A stretch of DNA of 64,000 nt from an uncultured Clostridia bacterium (GCA_964441745.1 CAYTYR010000007.1:1-64000); one strand, 5' to 3'; shown: positions 45,613 to 56,698, counted from the stretch's first letter. Program-made: numbers and translations. Notes: generated by a model not told the origin, from the letters alone.

Positions 45613-46656
45613 ATGTTAGTCACTCTGATCATTATTATTGCCTTTAGCTTGTTAGTCATTTTTCATGAGTTTGGCCATTATATTATCGCTAAATTGCTAA
45701 AGGTAAAAGTAGAAAAATTCGCGATAGGATTCGGTCCTAAATGGTTTGGCTTCCAGGGTAAGGAAACCTATTACAGTGTCAACCTTTTCCCTTTAGGCGG
45801 CTATGTGCGCATGTTGGGAGATGAAGTAGGAGACCCCCAGGCCCTGGATCCGCGGAGCTACCTGGCGCAAAAATGGTATAAGCGTGCGTTTATTGTAGCT
45901 TTCGGGCCGGTGATGAATTTTGTCCTGGCGGTTTTATTGTTCACTATTATTTTTATGGTTGGGATTAATGTCCCTGATACTTCGACTACCCGTATCGGCT
46001 ATGTTTATGAAAATACTCCTGCTTTTAAAGCTGGACTTAAAGAAGGCGATATTGTTAAAAAAATAAGCAATCAGGAGATAACGAGCTGGGATGAGTTAAC
46101 CAAGATCATCCAGCCAAATTATGGCAAAGAATTGCCGTTGGAAGTGCTGCGTGATAAAAAGTCAATGATCGTTAAACTGGTTCCTGAATATGACCAGGAA
46201 AGAAAAGTGGGGATCTTAGGGATCCGTTCGAGCCAAAAACTGGAACGGGATAATCCCTTGAGGGCTTTAATTAAGGGCTTTGAGGAAACCTATTCCTGGA
46301 CCGTCATCACTTTGAAAGCTATCTGGTGGATGATCTCTGGCAAGATCGCTCCCGAAGTATCAGGCCCTGTAGGCATAGCCCAGATGATCAGCGTTGGAGT
46401 TAAGGCTGGCTTTGCCAGCCTGGTTGCATTCATCGCCGTCTTAAGCATTAACCTGGGGGTATTCAACTTGTTTCCGATTCCGATACTTGACGGCGGGCAT
46501 ATACTTTTCCTGGTGATCGAGGCGATCAAAGGAAAACCGGTCAGCCCTGCAAAAATAAAAATTGCCCAAACTATTGGCTTAGCGGTTTTACTGCTGATTT
46601 TTTTGTTTGCCACATATAAGGATATTGTCAGGCTGCTGATACCGGGGCCGAAATAG
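45613..46656 (+). CDS. rseP: RIP metalloprotease RseP
   Basis: HEFGH, PDZ domain, NLFPIPILDGG. Confidence 0.95.
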   Translation: MLVTLIIIIAFSLLVIFHEFGHYIIAKLLKVKVEKFAIGFGPKWFGFQGKETYYSVNLFPLGGYVRMLGDEVGDPQALDPRSYLAQKWYKRAFIVAFGPVMNFVLAVLLFTIIFMVGINVPDTSTTRIGYVYENTPAFKAGLKEGDIVKKISNQEITSWDELTKIIQPNYGKELPLEVLRDKKSMIVKLVPEYDQERKVGILGIRSSQKLERDNPLRALIKGFEETYSWTVITLKAIWWMISGKIAPEVSGPVGIAQMISVGVKAGFASLVAFIAVLSINLGVFNLFPIPILDGGHILFLVIEAIKGKPVSPAKIKIAQTIGLAVLLLIFLFATYKDIVRLLIPGPK

Positions 46657-46684
46657 CGGATAGCGTAAAGCGTTTAGCGTATAG
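46654..46684. repeat. Family B left half
   Basis: TAGCGGA TAGCGTA AAGCGTT TAGCGTA TAG. Confidence 0.75.
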
Positions 46685-46699
46685 AAAAGAAAAATAAAT

Positions 46700-47770
46700 A
46701 TGAAAATACCTAGAAATAAAACTAAAGTAGTGAATATTGGCGGCGTGAAGATCGGGGGAAATAATCCGATTGCGGTGCAGTCTATGGCCAAAACTATCAC
46801 CACTGATGTTAAAGCAACCGTTGCCCAGATCAAAAGGCTGGAAAAGATTAATTGTGAGATAATCCGCGTCGGCGTTCCGGATATGGCCGCGGCTTTGTGC
46901 CTGGGCCGGATCAAGAAACAAATAAAGATACCGTTGGTCGCGGATATCCATTTCCAGTGGCAATTGGCAGTGGAGGCCATTAACCAGGGAGTGGATAAGA
47001 TCAGGATAAATCCTGGCAATATGGCCAAAGACAAGTTAGCCATTGTCCTGGATCGGGCCAAAGCCAGGAAAATTGCCATCCGCATCGGAGTAAATTCCGG
47101 TTCGCTTAAGTCTCTGCGCCAGAATCGCCGGGTGGATAAAGCGACGCTGATGGTCAGGGCGTTAGCTGATTATATTGAGTTTTTTGAAAATGCCGGCTTT
47201 AAGGATATAGTGCTTTCTTTAAAAGCGACCGATGTGCCGACTACCATCAAAGCCTATCATCTGGCGTCCAGGAAATTTTCTTATCCTTTGCATTTAGGTA
47301 TTACTGAAGCTGGTGTGGCTGAAGCTGGCATAATTAAATCAAGCGTGGGAATAGGAACAATGCTGGCTGAAGGCCTCGGGGATACGGTCCGGGTGTCTTT
47401 GACCAGCGCTCCAGAAGAAGAGATCAAGGTGGCTTATGCTATTTTGCAGAGTCTGAAATTACGTAAGTATTATCCCGAAATAATATCTTGTCCTACTTGT
47501 TCCCGGGCGCAAATAGATGTTGTTACTTTAGCTAGCCGGGTGTATAAAGACATAATGAACCAACCGCAAACCTGCTGGAAACTGCCGTTAAAGATCGCGA
47601 TCATGGGTTGCGCGGTTAATGGGCCGGGAGAAGCCAGGGAAGCAGATTTCGGATTAGCTGGCGGGAGAAAAGAAGGATTACTCTTTCGGCGCGGTAAAAT
47701 TGTTGGCAAGATCAGGGAAAAAGAATTTTATCAGGCAATTAAGAAAGAAATAACCAAATGGCACAGGTGA
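46700..47770 (+). CDS. ispG: HMBPP synthase
   Basis: PLVADIHF, RINPGN, HLGITEAG, SCPTCSR, MGCAVNGPGE. Confidence 0.97.
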   Translation: MKIPRNKTKVVNIGGVKIGGNNPIAVQSMAKTITTDVKATVAQIKRLEKINCEIIRVGVPDMAAALCLGRIKKQIKIPLVADIHFQWQLAVEAINQGVDKIRINPGNMAKDKLAIVLDRAKARKIAIRIGVNSGSLKSLRQNRRVDKATLMVRALADYIEFFENAGFKDIVLSLKATDVPTTIKAYHLASRKFSYPLHLGITEAGVAEAGIIKSSVGIGTMLAEGLGDTVRVSLTSAPEEEIKVAYAILQSLKLRKYYPEIISCPTCSRAQIDVVTLASRVYKDIMNQPQTCWKLPLKIAIMGCAVNGPGEAREADFGLAGGRKEGLLFRRGKIVGKIREKEFYQAIKKEITKWHR

Positions 47771-47774
47771 AATC

Positions 47775-49109
47775 ATGAAAACCAGAATGAAAGCAAGAAC
47801 CAAGGTAATCTTTTTACTGCTCATTTTAGGCGGCTTATTTTTAGGAGCAGGAAGCTATCGCCAGAATATCGGCAGTAAGTTTTTCCGGGAAGGCACCCGG
47901 GCTTTGCAGGAGAGTAACTATGCAGCCGCCATTACTAACCTGAAACGTTCCTTGATCCTGAGCCCGCATAGTTATTGGGCTGGACAAGCTAAAAATGAAT
48001 TAGCTTTTAGTCAGCTCATTCAAGGTGAATCTACCCAGGACCCGCAACCAGCCAGCACATCGCTGCTGGACTGGTTACCCAGTCCAGCGGTCTTAGCGCT
48101 AGCCGGATCTATCATTGTTTTGATCTTTATTGTAGTTTCCCTGCGTGTCGGGCAAAAGGGTAAGGCTAAAAAGCTGGAAGAGTATCTAACCTACTTGAAG
48201 GCTGTAGAGCATCGTATTAAAAGTAAATTAAAACCAACTGTCAACAGTGAGCATACTGCTACTAATGACGGGGTCGGGGATTACCAAAACTATATTAATT
48301 ACTATAAAAAATCAGAGTATGTGCAGCTGGGAAGATGCCTGGTCTCGGAATTTCAATTAGGATTGAAGCCTGAGGATAATAATTTAATGTCCCAGCTGGA
48401 AATAGATTATACTGAGTTTATTAAAAATTATCCTGAATCTTCCTGCTTGGAGGAGATCCAGCAGAAATTAGGGAACCTTTATTTCTTTAATTTATATAAT
48501 TTTACTAAAGCCCGGACCGCCTATAAGGTACTGATGGAAAAATATCCGCAAAGCAAATGGATCAAGATCGCCCACGCCAGGATCAATCTAATCGAGGAAA
48601 ATCCCGAAGAAAATTACGAGCCATTGCGGGTATATGTGCTGGCTGAGCGTTTTTATGAAGATAAAAAATATGAAGACAGCCTGGAAAATTTCCGGAAACT
48701 GATCACCAATTACGGACAGACCAAATTGGCCATTGAGGCCCAGTTCAGTATCGCTGAAATATACATGTACAAGACCAACCGGACCGAGCGGGCGATTGAA
48801 GAGTATGAAAAAATAGTGGATATTTACGGGCAAAGCCCTTTTGCCGGCAAAGCCATGTATAAAGTCGGGGAGTGTTACAAAAAATTGCAAAAAGCCCCTG
48901 AGGCTATTGTAGCCTACGAAAAATTTATTACTAATTACCCGCAAGCTGAATTTCTTGATTATGCTTATTATTACATTGCTCAATGCTGTGAACAGCTAAA
49001 AGACAATAGAAAAGCGATTGACACCTATCAGAAAGTCATCCAGGATTTCCCGGAAAGTATCTGGGTGATCGTCGCAGAATCACGCATCGCTTTTTTATCT
49101 CAGAAGTAA
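47775..49109 (+). CDS. Membrane-anchored TPR protein
   Basis: Two hydrophobic segments, then multiple YP.S..A TPR units. Confidence 0.8.
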   Translation: MKTRMKARTKVIFLLLILGGLFLGAGSYRQNIGSKFFREGTRALQESNYAAAITNLKRSLILSPHSYWAGQAKNELAFSQLIQGESTQDPQPASTSLLDWLPSPAVLALAGSIIVLIFIVVSLRVGQKGKAKKLEEYLTYLKAVEHRIKSKLKPTVNSEHTATNDGVGDYQNYINYYKKSEYVQLGRCLVSEFQLGLKPEDNNLMSQLEIDYTEFIKNYPESSCLEEIQQKLGNLYFFNLYNFTKARTAYKVLMEKYPQSKWIKIAHARINLIEENPEENYEPLRVYVLAERFYEDKKYEDSLENFRKLITNYGQTKLAIEAQFSIAEIYMYKTNRTERAIEEYEKIVDIYGQSPFAGKAMYKVGECYKKLQKAPEAIVAYEKFITNYPQAEFLDYAYYYIAQCCEQLKDNRKAIDTYQKVIQDFPESIWVIVAESRIAFLSQK

Positions 49110-49121
49110 CCAAGAGGACCA

Positions 49122-50135
49122 ATGCCAAAGAATCTGATCATTTTTGCCTGTGCTTTGACGTTGTCCCTGATTTTTACGCCTTTAGTCAGGATCTTAGCGT
49201 TTAAGCTTAATATCCTGGACCACCCTAATGCTATCAAGACTCACCGGGAACCGGTAGCTTATTTAGGAGGTTTGGCTATTTACCTGGCCTTTATCCTGGC
49301 CATAGTGGTAGCTTTGGCGCTTGGGCTTCCTTTTAAGGAAATCGCCGTAATTATTATCGGCGCCACCTTGGTCATGATTTTGGGACTGGTTGATGACCTG
49401 CGGCCATTATCTTTTAAGATAAAATTATTCCTGGAGGTGCTCATTGCTACCCTCCTTATTGTTTTTGATATCAGGATCAAGTTTATCACTCCTGATTACA
49501 TCGCGATTATCCTGACCATTCTCTGGGTGGTAGGAGTGACCAACGCGTTCAATATCATCGATATCATGGACGGCTTAAGCAGCGGGGTTGCCGTTATCGC
49601 TGCCTTAGTTTTCCTGTTCATTAATCCGCCAGCTGAACAAATATATGTAAATTATACCGCTGCCGCCCTGGCTGGCGCGGCCTTAGGATTTTTGCGCTAT
49701 AATTTTTCTCCAGCCAGGATTTTTATGGGTGACGCGGGCAGTTTAGTATTAGGATTTGTATTAGCGGTACTCTCTATTGGCACCAGTTATTCCAAGGTAA
49801 ATAATATCGCTTTATATGCGCCGATCCTGATCCTGGGAATCCCTATCTACGATACTTTCTTGGTGATGATCCTGCGTTTTAAGCAAGGTAAAAATATTTT
49901 TCAGGGCAGCCCGGACCATTTTGCTTTGCGTTTGGAAAAACTGGGATTTTCCAGGCGTAAGGTAGTGGTTACAACATATATCGCTTCCATAGGACTGAGT
50001 ACTGCCGCTTTAATGATCTCTAAGGTGAATTTCCGCTGGGCAGTGGCCATCTATATTTTGGTGGCTTTAATTTCCTTAAGAGTAGGTATTATTTTAAGTA
50101 AAATAGATATGGAGAAACCTCATTTTCATGAATAA
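49122..50135 (+). CDS. WecA/TagO-like polyprenyl-phosphate sugar-phosphate transferase
   Basis: GLVDD, NAFNIIDIMDGL, IFMGDAGS. Confidence 0.92.
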   Translation: MPKNLIIFACALTLSLIFTPLVRILAFKLNILDHPNAIKTHREPVAYLGGLAIYLAFILAIVVALALGLPFKEIAVIIIGATLVMILGLVDDLRPLSFKIKLFLEVLIATLLIVFDIRIKFITPDYIAIILTILWVVGVTNAFNIIDIMDGLSSGVAVIAALVFLFINPPAEQIYVNYTAAALAGAALGFLRYNFSPARIFMGDAGSLVLGFVLAVLSIGTSYSKVNNIALYAPILILGIPIYDTFLVMILRFKQGKNIFQGSPDHFALRLEKLGFSRRKVVVTTYIASIGLSTAALMISKVNFRWAVAIYILVALISLRVGIILSKIDMEKPHFHE

Positions 50136-51450
50136 GCAAGTCGTTATCCTAGGGGCAGGAGTTACAGGTTTAAACTGCGCGCGGCTGCTGTCCGGGTCCC
50201 TGGAATACGGAATATATGAAAAAGAAAAAAGCATTGGAGGCCTTTGCCGGACCGTATCCCAGGATGGTTTTTTATTTGACTATACCGGGCATTTACTGCA
50301 TCTGAAAAAACCTGGAGCAAAAAAATTGGTCAAATCTCTGCTCCCTGGCCAGCTTACCGCTCATCACCGCAATAGCTGGATTTATTCGCATCAAACATAT
50401 ACCCGCTACCCATTCCAGGCCAATACTTATGGCTTACCGGAAAAGGTGATCAAGGAATGTGTCCTGGGTTTTATTGAAGCCCGGATCAAAGACTGGCCTA
50501 AAAAGGATAAGGAAGCAGGATTTTACCATTGGGTCTTGCAGCATTTTGGCCGGGGTATCGCTAAACACTTCATGTTTAGTTATAATGAAAAACTGTGGAC
50601 TATCCCCGTTCAAGAACTGACCACCGAGTGGCTGGGTTCTTATGTGCCTGATCCTACTTTAGCCGAAGTGGTTACGGGCGCGCTGCTAGACCAATCGCGG
50701 CGGATAGGCTACAATGCCAGCTTTTATTATCCTGAATATAACGGTATCCAGTCCTTGCCTGATGCGCTCGCGAAGAAACTGAAGGGAATTCATCTGCAGG
50801 AAAAAGCAGTCAAACTGAATTTACATGACCGGGTGGTAAAGTTTAACTCGGGTTTGGCAATCAAATATGAAAATTTAGTAAGCTCGCTCAGCCTGCAGGA
50901 ACTGGTGAATATGATCGAAGACCTGCCCCTAACTATTAAGCAGCAGGCGGCAGCTTTGCGCTATAATGAGGTATTGAATATTAATATTGGAGTTAAGCCA
51001 GCCCTGGCTTCTGCTCAGCACTGGGTCTATTTCCCGGAAAAGAAGTATCCGTTTTATCGGGTGGGATATACCAGTAATTTATCCAGGCATAATCATCCGG
51101 CCGGGACCAGTTCCTTGTATCTAGAGATAGCCTGCCGGGCCGGCAGCCTGGCCAAAATGAACGAGCGACAAGTGAACAGCTTGGTAAATAAGAGCCTGGC
51201 CTATCTGCGTCAGGTGGGGATCCTGGAAAATCGTTCCCGGGTAGTGACCGTAAATACCTTTAAAATATCGCCGGCCTATTGTATTCATGATTTTAACCGG
51301 ACCAGGAATGTTACGATGATCAGGGAATTTTTAAGGAAGAAGGGAATTTATTCTGTTGGCCGGTACGGGGCCTGGGAATATTCAGCCATGGAAGATGCGT
51401 TGGAGTGGGGCCGCTCCACCGCGGAAAGTATAAAGAGAAGTTACCAGTAA
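50128..51450 (+). CDS. FAD-dependent oxidoreductase (HemY/UDP-galactopyranose mutase-like)
   Basis: ILGAGVTGL, GGLCRT, FDYTGHLLH, GRYGAWEY. Confidence 0.8.
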   Translation: MNKQVVILGAGVTGLNCARLLSGSLEYGIYEKEKSIGGLCRTVSQDGFLFDYTGHLLHLKKPGAKKLVKSLLPGQLTAHHRNSWIYSHQTYTRYPFQANTYGLPEKVIKECVLGFIEARIKDWPKKDKEAGFYHWVLQHFGRGIAKHFMFSYNEKLWTIPVQELTTEWLGSYVPDPTLAEVVTGALLDQSRRIGYNASFYYPEYNGIQSLPDALAKKLKGIHLQEKAVKLNLHDRVVKFNSGLAIKYENLVSSLSLQELVNMIEDLPLTIKQQAAALRYNEVLNINIGVKPALASAQHWVYFPEKKYPFYRVGYTSNLSRHNHPAGTSSLYLEIACRAGSLAKMNERQVNSLVNKSLAYLRQVGILENRSRVVTVNTFKISPAYCIHDFNRTRNVTMIREFLRKKGIYSVGRYGAWEYSAMEDALEWGRSTAESIKRSYQ

Positions 51451-51464
51451 GAACAAAAAGAGGT

Positions 51465-51600
51465 AGTAATAGGGTGAAAGTTGTAGAAGTAAGTATGGAA
51501 GTAGGGCTAGAGTCTTTAGTCTAGAGCCTAACACCTTTTAACCTAAGACTAAACTTACTTCCAAAACATACACCTAATAACTGTTATTCGTATTGACTGT
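51465..51600. repeat. Family A copy 3
   Basis: GTAGAAGTAAGTATGGAAGTAGG...AAACTTACTTCCAAAACATACACCTAATAACTGTT. Confidence 0.85.
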
Positions 51601-51619
51601 TCTAAAAAGAGGAAAAGCG

Positions 51620-52570
51620 ATGTTAAAAAATAAAAACTGTCTGGTTACTGGCTGTGCTGGATTTATTGGATCACACTTGACGGAAAAATTACTGGAACTT
51701 GATTGCCCGGTGATCGGGCTTGACTCATTTACTGATTATTACCGCCGGGAAATTAAAGAGAGCAACATCGCTGCTTTTAAGAAACATCCCAAGTTTACCT
51801 TAGTGGAGAAAGACCTCAGCACTGTTGATTTGAGCCGTATCCTGGAAGATGTGGATTATATTTTTCACCAGGCGGCCCAAGCCGGGGTCAGAACCAGCTG
51901 GGGTGGACAGTTCTCCCATTATCTTCTATCAAATATTGCTGCTACCCAAAACCTGTTGGAAGCAGCTAAGGCTTTTCCTATTAAAAAAATAGTGTATGCT
52001 TCTTCCAGCTCGGTTTATGGGGATAGTCCATTACCAATGAAAGAAGGCAATGTCCTTTGTCCCGTATCGCCCTATGGCGTCACAAAGCTGGCAGCTGAAA
52101 ACCTTTGTTACCTTTACTTTAAAAACTATAAGGTGCCGGTTGTCAGTTTGCGCTATTTCACGGTTTTTGGACCGCGCCAGCGCCCGGATATGGGTATTCA
52201 TAAATTTATCAATGCTGCTTTACAGGATGAAAAGATCAAAGTGTATGGGGATGGAAAACAAACCCGTGATTTTACTTTTATCACCGATATAGTGCAAGCC
52301 AACCTGGCGGCGGCTGAACTTGGCCAGCCTGGCCAGGCCCTGAATATAGGCGGAGGAAGCCAGATCACGATCAATGAAGTCCTCTCTTTGATCGAAAGTA
52401 TGACTGGGAAAAAACTTCAGGTGGAACACTTGGGTAAAGCCAAAGGAGATGTACAGGATACCTTTGCTGATATTGAATTAGCCAAAGAGAGCATAAACTA
52501 TGCCCCAATCTGTAATTTTGAGGATGGGCTAAAACAACAGATTGAACATTTAAAACTATTGCTTAGATAG
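51620..52570 (+). CDS. NAD-dependent nucleotide-sugar epimerase/dehydratase
   Basis: TGCAGFIG, AAQAGVR, YASSSSVYG, YGVTK. Confidence 0.93.
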   Translation: MLKNKNCLVTGCAGFIGSHLTEKLLELDCPVIGLDSFTDYYRREIKESNIAAFKKHPKFTLVEKDLSTVDLSRILEDVDYIFHQAAQAGVRTSWGGQFSHYLLSNIAATQNLLEAAKAFPIKKIVYASSSSVYGDSPLPMKEGNVLCPVSPYGVTKLAAENLCYLYFKNYKVPVVSLRYFTVFGPRQRPDMGIHKFINAALQDEKIKVYGDGKQTRDFTFITDIVQANLAAAELGQPGQALNIGGGSQITINEVLSLIESMTGKKLQVEHLGKAKGDVQDTFADIELAKESINYAPICNFEDGLKQQIEHLKLLLR

Positions 52571-52584
52571 GAAAGAGTAAAATC

Positions 52585-53736
52585 TTGCCCAAGCTAAAAG
52601 TAGCTCATATTATAACTCAACTGGAACTGGGAGGGGCCCAGGAAAATACATTATATACAGTAACCCATCTGGAGCCCCAATACTATGAATGCTATTTACT
52701 CACCGGCAGAGGAGGCCAGCTGGATGAGGCAGCGAACAAATCATTGGGTACAAAAGTCCTTTTTATCCCGTCCTTGATCCGTTCGATACATCCCTGGAAA
52801 GATTTACTGGCTTTAGTAGCCTTGTATCGGATCTGCCGCCAGGAGAAATTTGACCTGGTCCATACTCATTCCTCAAAAGCTGGCATTCTTGGCCGATGGG
52901 CAGCCAAGATAGCTGGAATTAAAAAGATCATTCATACTTATCATGGATTTGGATTTAATGAATTTCAAAAACCCTGGACCAGATGGGTTTTTGTCTGGGT
53001 CGAGCGCCTGACGGCTCATATTACTGATAAAATAATAGTAGTGTCATCCGAAAATACCAAAAAAGCCCTGGCCGCCAAAATTGGCAAGCCAGGGCAATAT
53101 GTTGTTATTCATAGCGGGATCAAGGTTAAAGATTATGAATCCCGCACTATAGACAAAATAGGGGAGAAGAGAAAGATCGGCCTGCCGGCAGAGGCTCCTG
53201 TGGTCGGCATGATCGCCTGCTTTAAACCGCAAAAAGCGCCTTTGGATTTTGTGCGGATAGCGCCATTAGTGATAAGTAAAATACCGCAGGTCCAATTTGT
53301 CATGATCGGTGATGGTGAACTGCGGCCGGAAATCGAAGGGCTGATCCGGAAATTATCTTTGACTGATAACGTCAGGATCATGGGGTGGCGTTCTGATATT
53401 CCGGTAATGCTTAAAATAATGGATGTGTGCGTACTCACCTCTTTATGGGAAGGATTGCCCAGGGTGATCCTGGAAGCTTTTGTTTCCGGCGTGCCGGTCG
53501 TGGCTACTCCGGCCGATGGTACCAGGGAAGTGATTACAGACGGGATTACCGGTTACCTGGCCGGGTTTCATAACCAGCAGGAATTTGCGGCTAAGATCAT
53601 TACTTGCCTGGAGCATCCCGAGAAAAATGTAACTGTCATTGAGAATGCCAGGAAAATTGTTGCCGGTAGTTTTAATATCGATATTATGGTCCAGGATATA
53701 GCGCGTATTTATGAAAATATCAGGGGGGATAAGTGA
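52585..53736 (+). CDS. GT4 glycosyltransferase
   Basis: HTHSSKAGILGR, WEGLPRVILEA. Confidence 0.92.
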   Translation: MPKLKVAHIITQLELGGAQENTLYTVTHLEPQYYECYLLTGRGGQLDEAANKSLGTKVLFIPSLIRSIHPWKDLLALVALYRICRQEKFDLVHTHSSKAGILGRWAAKIAGIKKIIHTYHGFGFNEFQKPWTRWVFVWVERLTAHITDKIIVVSSENTKKALAAKIGKPGQYVVIHSGIKVKDYESRTIDKIGEKRKIGLPAEAPVVGMIACFKPQKAPLDFVRIAPLVISKIPQVQFVMIGDGELRPEIEGLIRKLSLTDNVRIMGWRSDIPVMLKIMDVCVLTSLWEGLPRVILEAFVSGVPVVATPADGTREVITDGITGYLAGFHNQQEFAAKIITCLEHPEKNVTVIENARKIVAGSFNIDIMVQDIARIYENIRGDK

Positions 53737-55403
53737 CCGATATTCTAGGTTTGCAAAAGATGAAAACTATGGCCATAATAGCACTACTGGCCGGCGCGGC
53801 GGTTATTCCGCAGATTCCTCACCTTTTTGGAGATACCTTAGCGATAGCGCTGATCTGGTGTATTGGCGGTATTTGGCTGACCCAAATGCTAATCTCTGGA
53901 TCTATTAAAACCAGGATGATCGTGGCGAACCGTGTCCTCCTGATCGCTTTGATCGCTTCAGTGGCCGGGCTGGCTAAATCACCTCACTTGTTTGAAAGCC
54001 TGCAGGCGTTCTTAAAGGTTACAGCCTTGCTGATCTTTGGCCTGGTCGTTATTAATTATGAAGATCATAAGCAAATATTTTCTGCCATACTCAAAACCGT
54101 GATCATGGCCTCAGTGGTCTGGTCATTTCTGGCAATATATGAGTATTATTTTGGCTTATGGGGTATGCCGGCCCATGGCCGGGTGCAAGTGTTTTTCCCC
54201 AATCCCAATCATTTTGCGGGATTCCTGGCTTTAGCCATGACCTTGGCTTTAAGCGTCTTGCTTGAGCCGTCACCTAAAAACTGGTTCCGCTGGCTGACCT
54301 GGTTGTCCCTGGCTGTAGGTATGGTCGGTTTGTTTTTAACTGGTTCCAAGGGTGGTTTATTAAGCCTGTTCATTGGTTTTTCCATACTGCTTTATTATAA
54401 ACGGAAAACCTTATTTTATACTTTTATCACAGGTATATTGATCGTCTTTGCCGTGGTCCTGGCCACGCCGCTGAGGACCATGGTGTTTAACCGGGAGATC
54501 CAAGACCCTTTTACCTATGAAAAAAAAGACTTATATATTGAAACCTTAGATTATCTGCGGGATCACCCGCTCCTGGGCACAGGATTAGAAACTTTTAAGT
54601 ATTATTATCCGCAGTATAAGAGTATGCCAGAGTTACGCTCCGCACCGTATGTGCACAATGAACTTTTGAATATCTGGTCTGACCTGGGGCTTCTAGGCGT
54701 GTTAGCTTTTGTTTGGCTCTTGGTTCTTTTTTACCGTTTAGCTAACCAATTGATCAGGAAAGATAACAAGATATACCTGACTGCTTTTATGGCTGGGGTA
54801 ACCGGAATAGTGGTCCAGAGCATGTTTGAGTTTAACCTGCATGATCCTGCTTTAGCCCTGCTCCTTACCGGTATGATCTGTACTGTTTTAAGCTTGAGCC
54901 GTGAGCAGGGAGGCAAACCCATGGCTTTAGCCGTAAAACGACTGCCGCTGACACTAGCTTGTACCTGGGGCCTGATCATCACTGCCAGCCTGATCATGCT
55001 GCTGCCGGTGTATGCCCAGAATCAGGCGGAGCAAGGCGCGGCCGCGTTAAAGAATCAAAATACTATACAGGCCTTGCTGCATTATCAAGAGGCCTTAAAA
55101 TATAATCCTCTCAGCGCAGAGATAAAAGCCGGCGCCGCCAATGCCTTTTATGTACAAGGCAGGATACTTAATGATGAAATCTTCATTTGGGCGGCTAAAC
55201 ATTATTTGGAGAAAGCCGCGCAGCTTGAATCCTTAAACCCTTTTCGCTGGAGGGAATTGGCTCTCTTCCATGCTCGTCTGGGCCATTGGCCGGAAGCCCG
55301 GGCGGCCTATGACCACGTCTTACTGCTGGCTCCCAGGGTAAAAGCATTTGAAAATGAATATAATTCACTGCAAAAATCTATTGAAAATGACAACGCTAAA
55401 TGA
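53733..55403 (+). CDS. O-antigen ligase/O-OTase family protein with C-terminal TPR
   Basis: Many TMs, NPNHFAG, TGSKGG, PLLGTG, HNELL; TPR tail. Confidence 0.85.
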   Translation: MTDILGLQKMKTMAIIALLAGAAVIPQIPHLFGDTLAIALIWCIGGIWLTQMLISGSIKTRMIVANRVLLIALIASVAGLAKSPHLFESLQAFLKVTALLIFGLVVINYEDHKQIFSAILKTVIMASVVWSFLAIYEYYFGLWGMPAHGRVQVFFPNPNHFAGFLALAMTLALSVLLEPSPKNWFRWLTWLSLAVGMVGLFLTGSKGGLLSLFIGFSILLYYKRKTLFYTFITGILIVFAVVLATPLRTMVFNREIQDPFTYEKKDLYIETLDYLRDHPLLGTGLETFKYYYPQYKSMPELRSAPYVHNELLNIWSDLGLLGVLAFVWLLVLFYRLANQLIRKDNKIYLTAFMAGVTGIVVQSMFEFNLHDPALALLLTGMICTVLSLSREQGGKPMALAVKRLPLTLACTWGLIITASLIMLLPVYAQNQAEQGAAALKNQNTIQALLHYQEALKYNPLSAEIKAGAANAFYVQGRILNDEIFIWAAKHYLEKAAQLESLNPFRWRELALFHARLGHWPEARAAYDHVLLLAPRVKAFENEYNSLQKSIENDNAK

Positions 55404-55441
55404 TATAATTATTAAATTAATAAATATGGCTGGAGTGTAAC

Positions 55442-56698
55442 TTGGGACAGACGATTATTGAGAAAATATTTTCGCGGCACGCTGGTAAAGCCGTAAGCGC
55501 TAATGACCTGGTTATATCCAGGATAGATTTCTGTATGGGACAGGATGGCACCTCTGGCATTGTTATTGACAGCTTCAATAAAATGGGGGCGGAGAAAGTA
55601 TTCGATCGGAAGAAGATGGCGGTAATTATTGACCACTCCTCACCCAGTCCCAACGAAGGGGTCAGCCGGATTCATAAAAAGATCCGCGATTTTTCCTTAG
55701 GTCAAAAAATTAATTTCTATGACGTAGGGCAGGGAGTATGCCACCAAATAGTCCCGGAACGCGGATATGTAGTACCGGGGGACCTGGTGGTGGGAGCAGA
55801 TTCTCATACTTGTACCTATGGCGCGTTGAATGCCGCCTCGACCGGCATGGGTTCCACAGATGTGGCTGCCTGCGCTGCTACCGGACACAACTGGTTCAAA
55901 GTCCCGGAAACTATTAAGTTTATTTGTAAGGGTAAATTACCGCGGGGCGTTTATAGCAAAGACCTGATCTTGTATCTGATCGGGCAAGTTGGGGCAGATG
56001 GGGCCACTTATATGTCCTGTGAATATACTGGCCCGGTTATTGATGCTTTAAGCGTAGAAGGCCGGTTTACCATCGCTAATATGGCCATAGAAATGGGCGC
56101 AAAATTCGGGATCATGAACTGTGACCGGAAAACACTGGCCTGGGTTAAGCAACATTCCAAACGCAAGTTCAAGCCAGTATCGGCTGATGCTGACGCCAAT
56201 TACTACAAAGTGCTTGAATATGATGTCAGTAAACTTACTCCGCAGATAGCTAAACCGCACCAGGTGGACAATGTTTGTCCAATAGCTGAGGTTGCGGGAA
56301 CACCGATAGCTCAGGGGTATATTGGTACCTGTACCAATGGACGGTTGGAAGATTTTGCCGCCGCCTGCAAGGTATTAAAAGGGAAAAAGATCAAAAAGGG
56401 TGTCCGCCTGATCGTTGCGCCAGCCAGTAACTGGATCCTGAAAGACGCGATGAAAAAGGGGTATATTAATATATTACTGGATGCGGGAGCGACGTTGGTC
56501 ACTCCAGGATGCGGGCCATGTGTCGGTACGCATAACGGCGTACCAGCAGATGGGGAGAATGTTATTTCAACGGCTAACCGTAACTTTAAAGGCCGGATGG
56601 GCAATATCAATGCCTTTATTTATCTGGGTTCTCCCGCTACCGTGGCTGCCAGTGTAATTGAAGGTAAGATCACTGATCCGAGAAAATACCTGAAATAA
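55442..56698 (+). CDS. Isopropylmalate dehydratase/homoaconitase-family large subunit
   Basis: IDHS, GADSHTCTYGA, IGTCTNGR, GCGPCVG, NRNFKGRMG. Confidence 0.93.
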   Translation: MGQTIIEKIFSRHAGKAVSANDLVISRIDFCMGQDGTSGIVIDSFNKMGAEKVFDRKKMAVIIDHSSPSPNEGVSRIHKKIRDFSLGQKINFYDVGQGVCHQIVPERGYVVPGDLVVGADSHTCTYGALNAASTGMGSTDVAACAATGHNWFKVPETIKFICKGKLPRGVYSKDLILYLIGQVGADGATYMSCEYTGPVIDALSVEGRFTIANMAIEMGAKFGIMNCDRKTLAWVKQHSKRKFKPVSADADANYYKVLEYDVSKLTPQIAKPHQVDNVCPIAEVAGTPIAQGYIGTCTNGRLEDFAAACKVLKGKKIKKGVRLIVAPASNWILKDAMKKGYINILLDAGATLVTPGCGPCVGTHNGVPADGENVISTANRNFKGRMGNINAFIYLGSPATVAASVIEGKITDPRKYLK

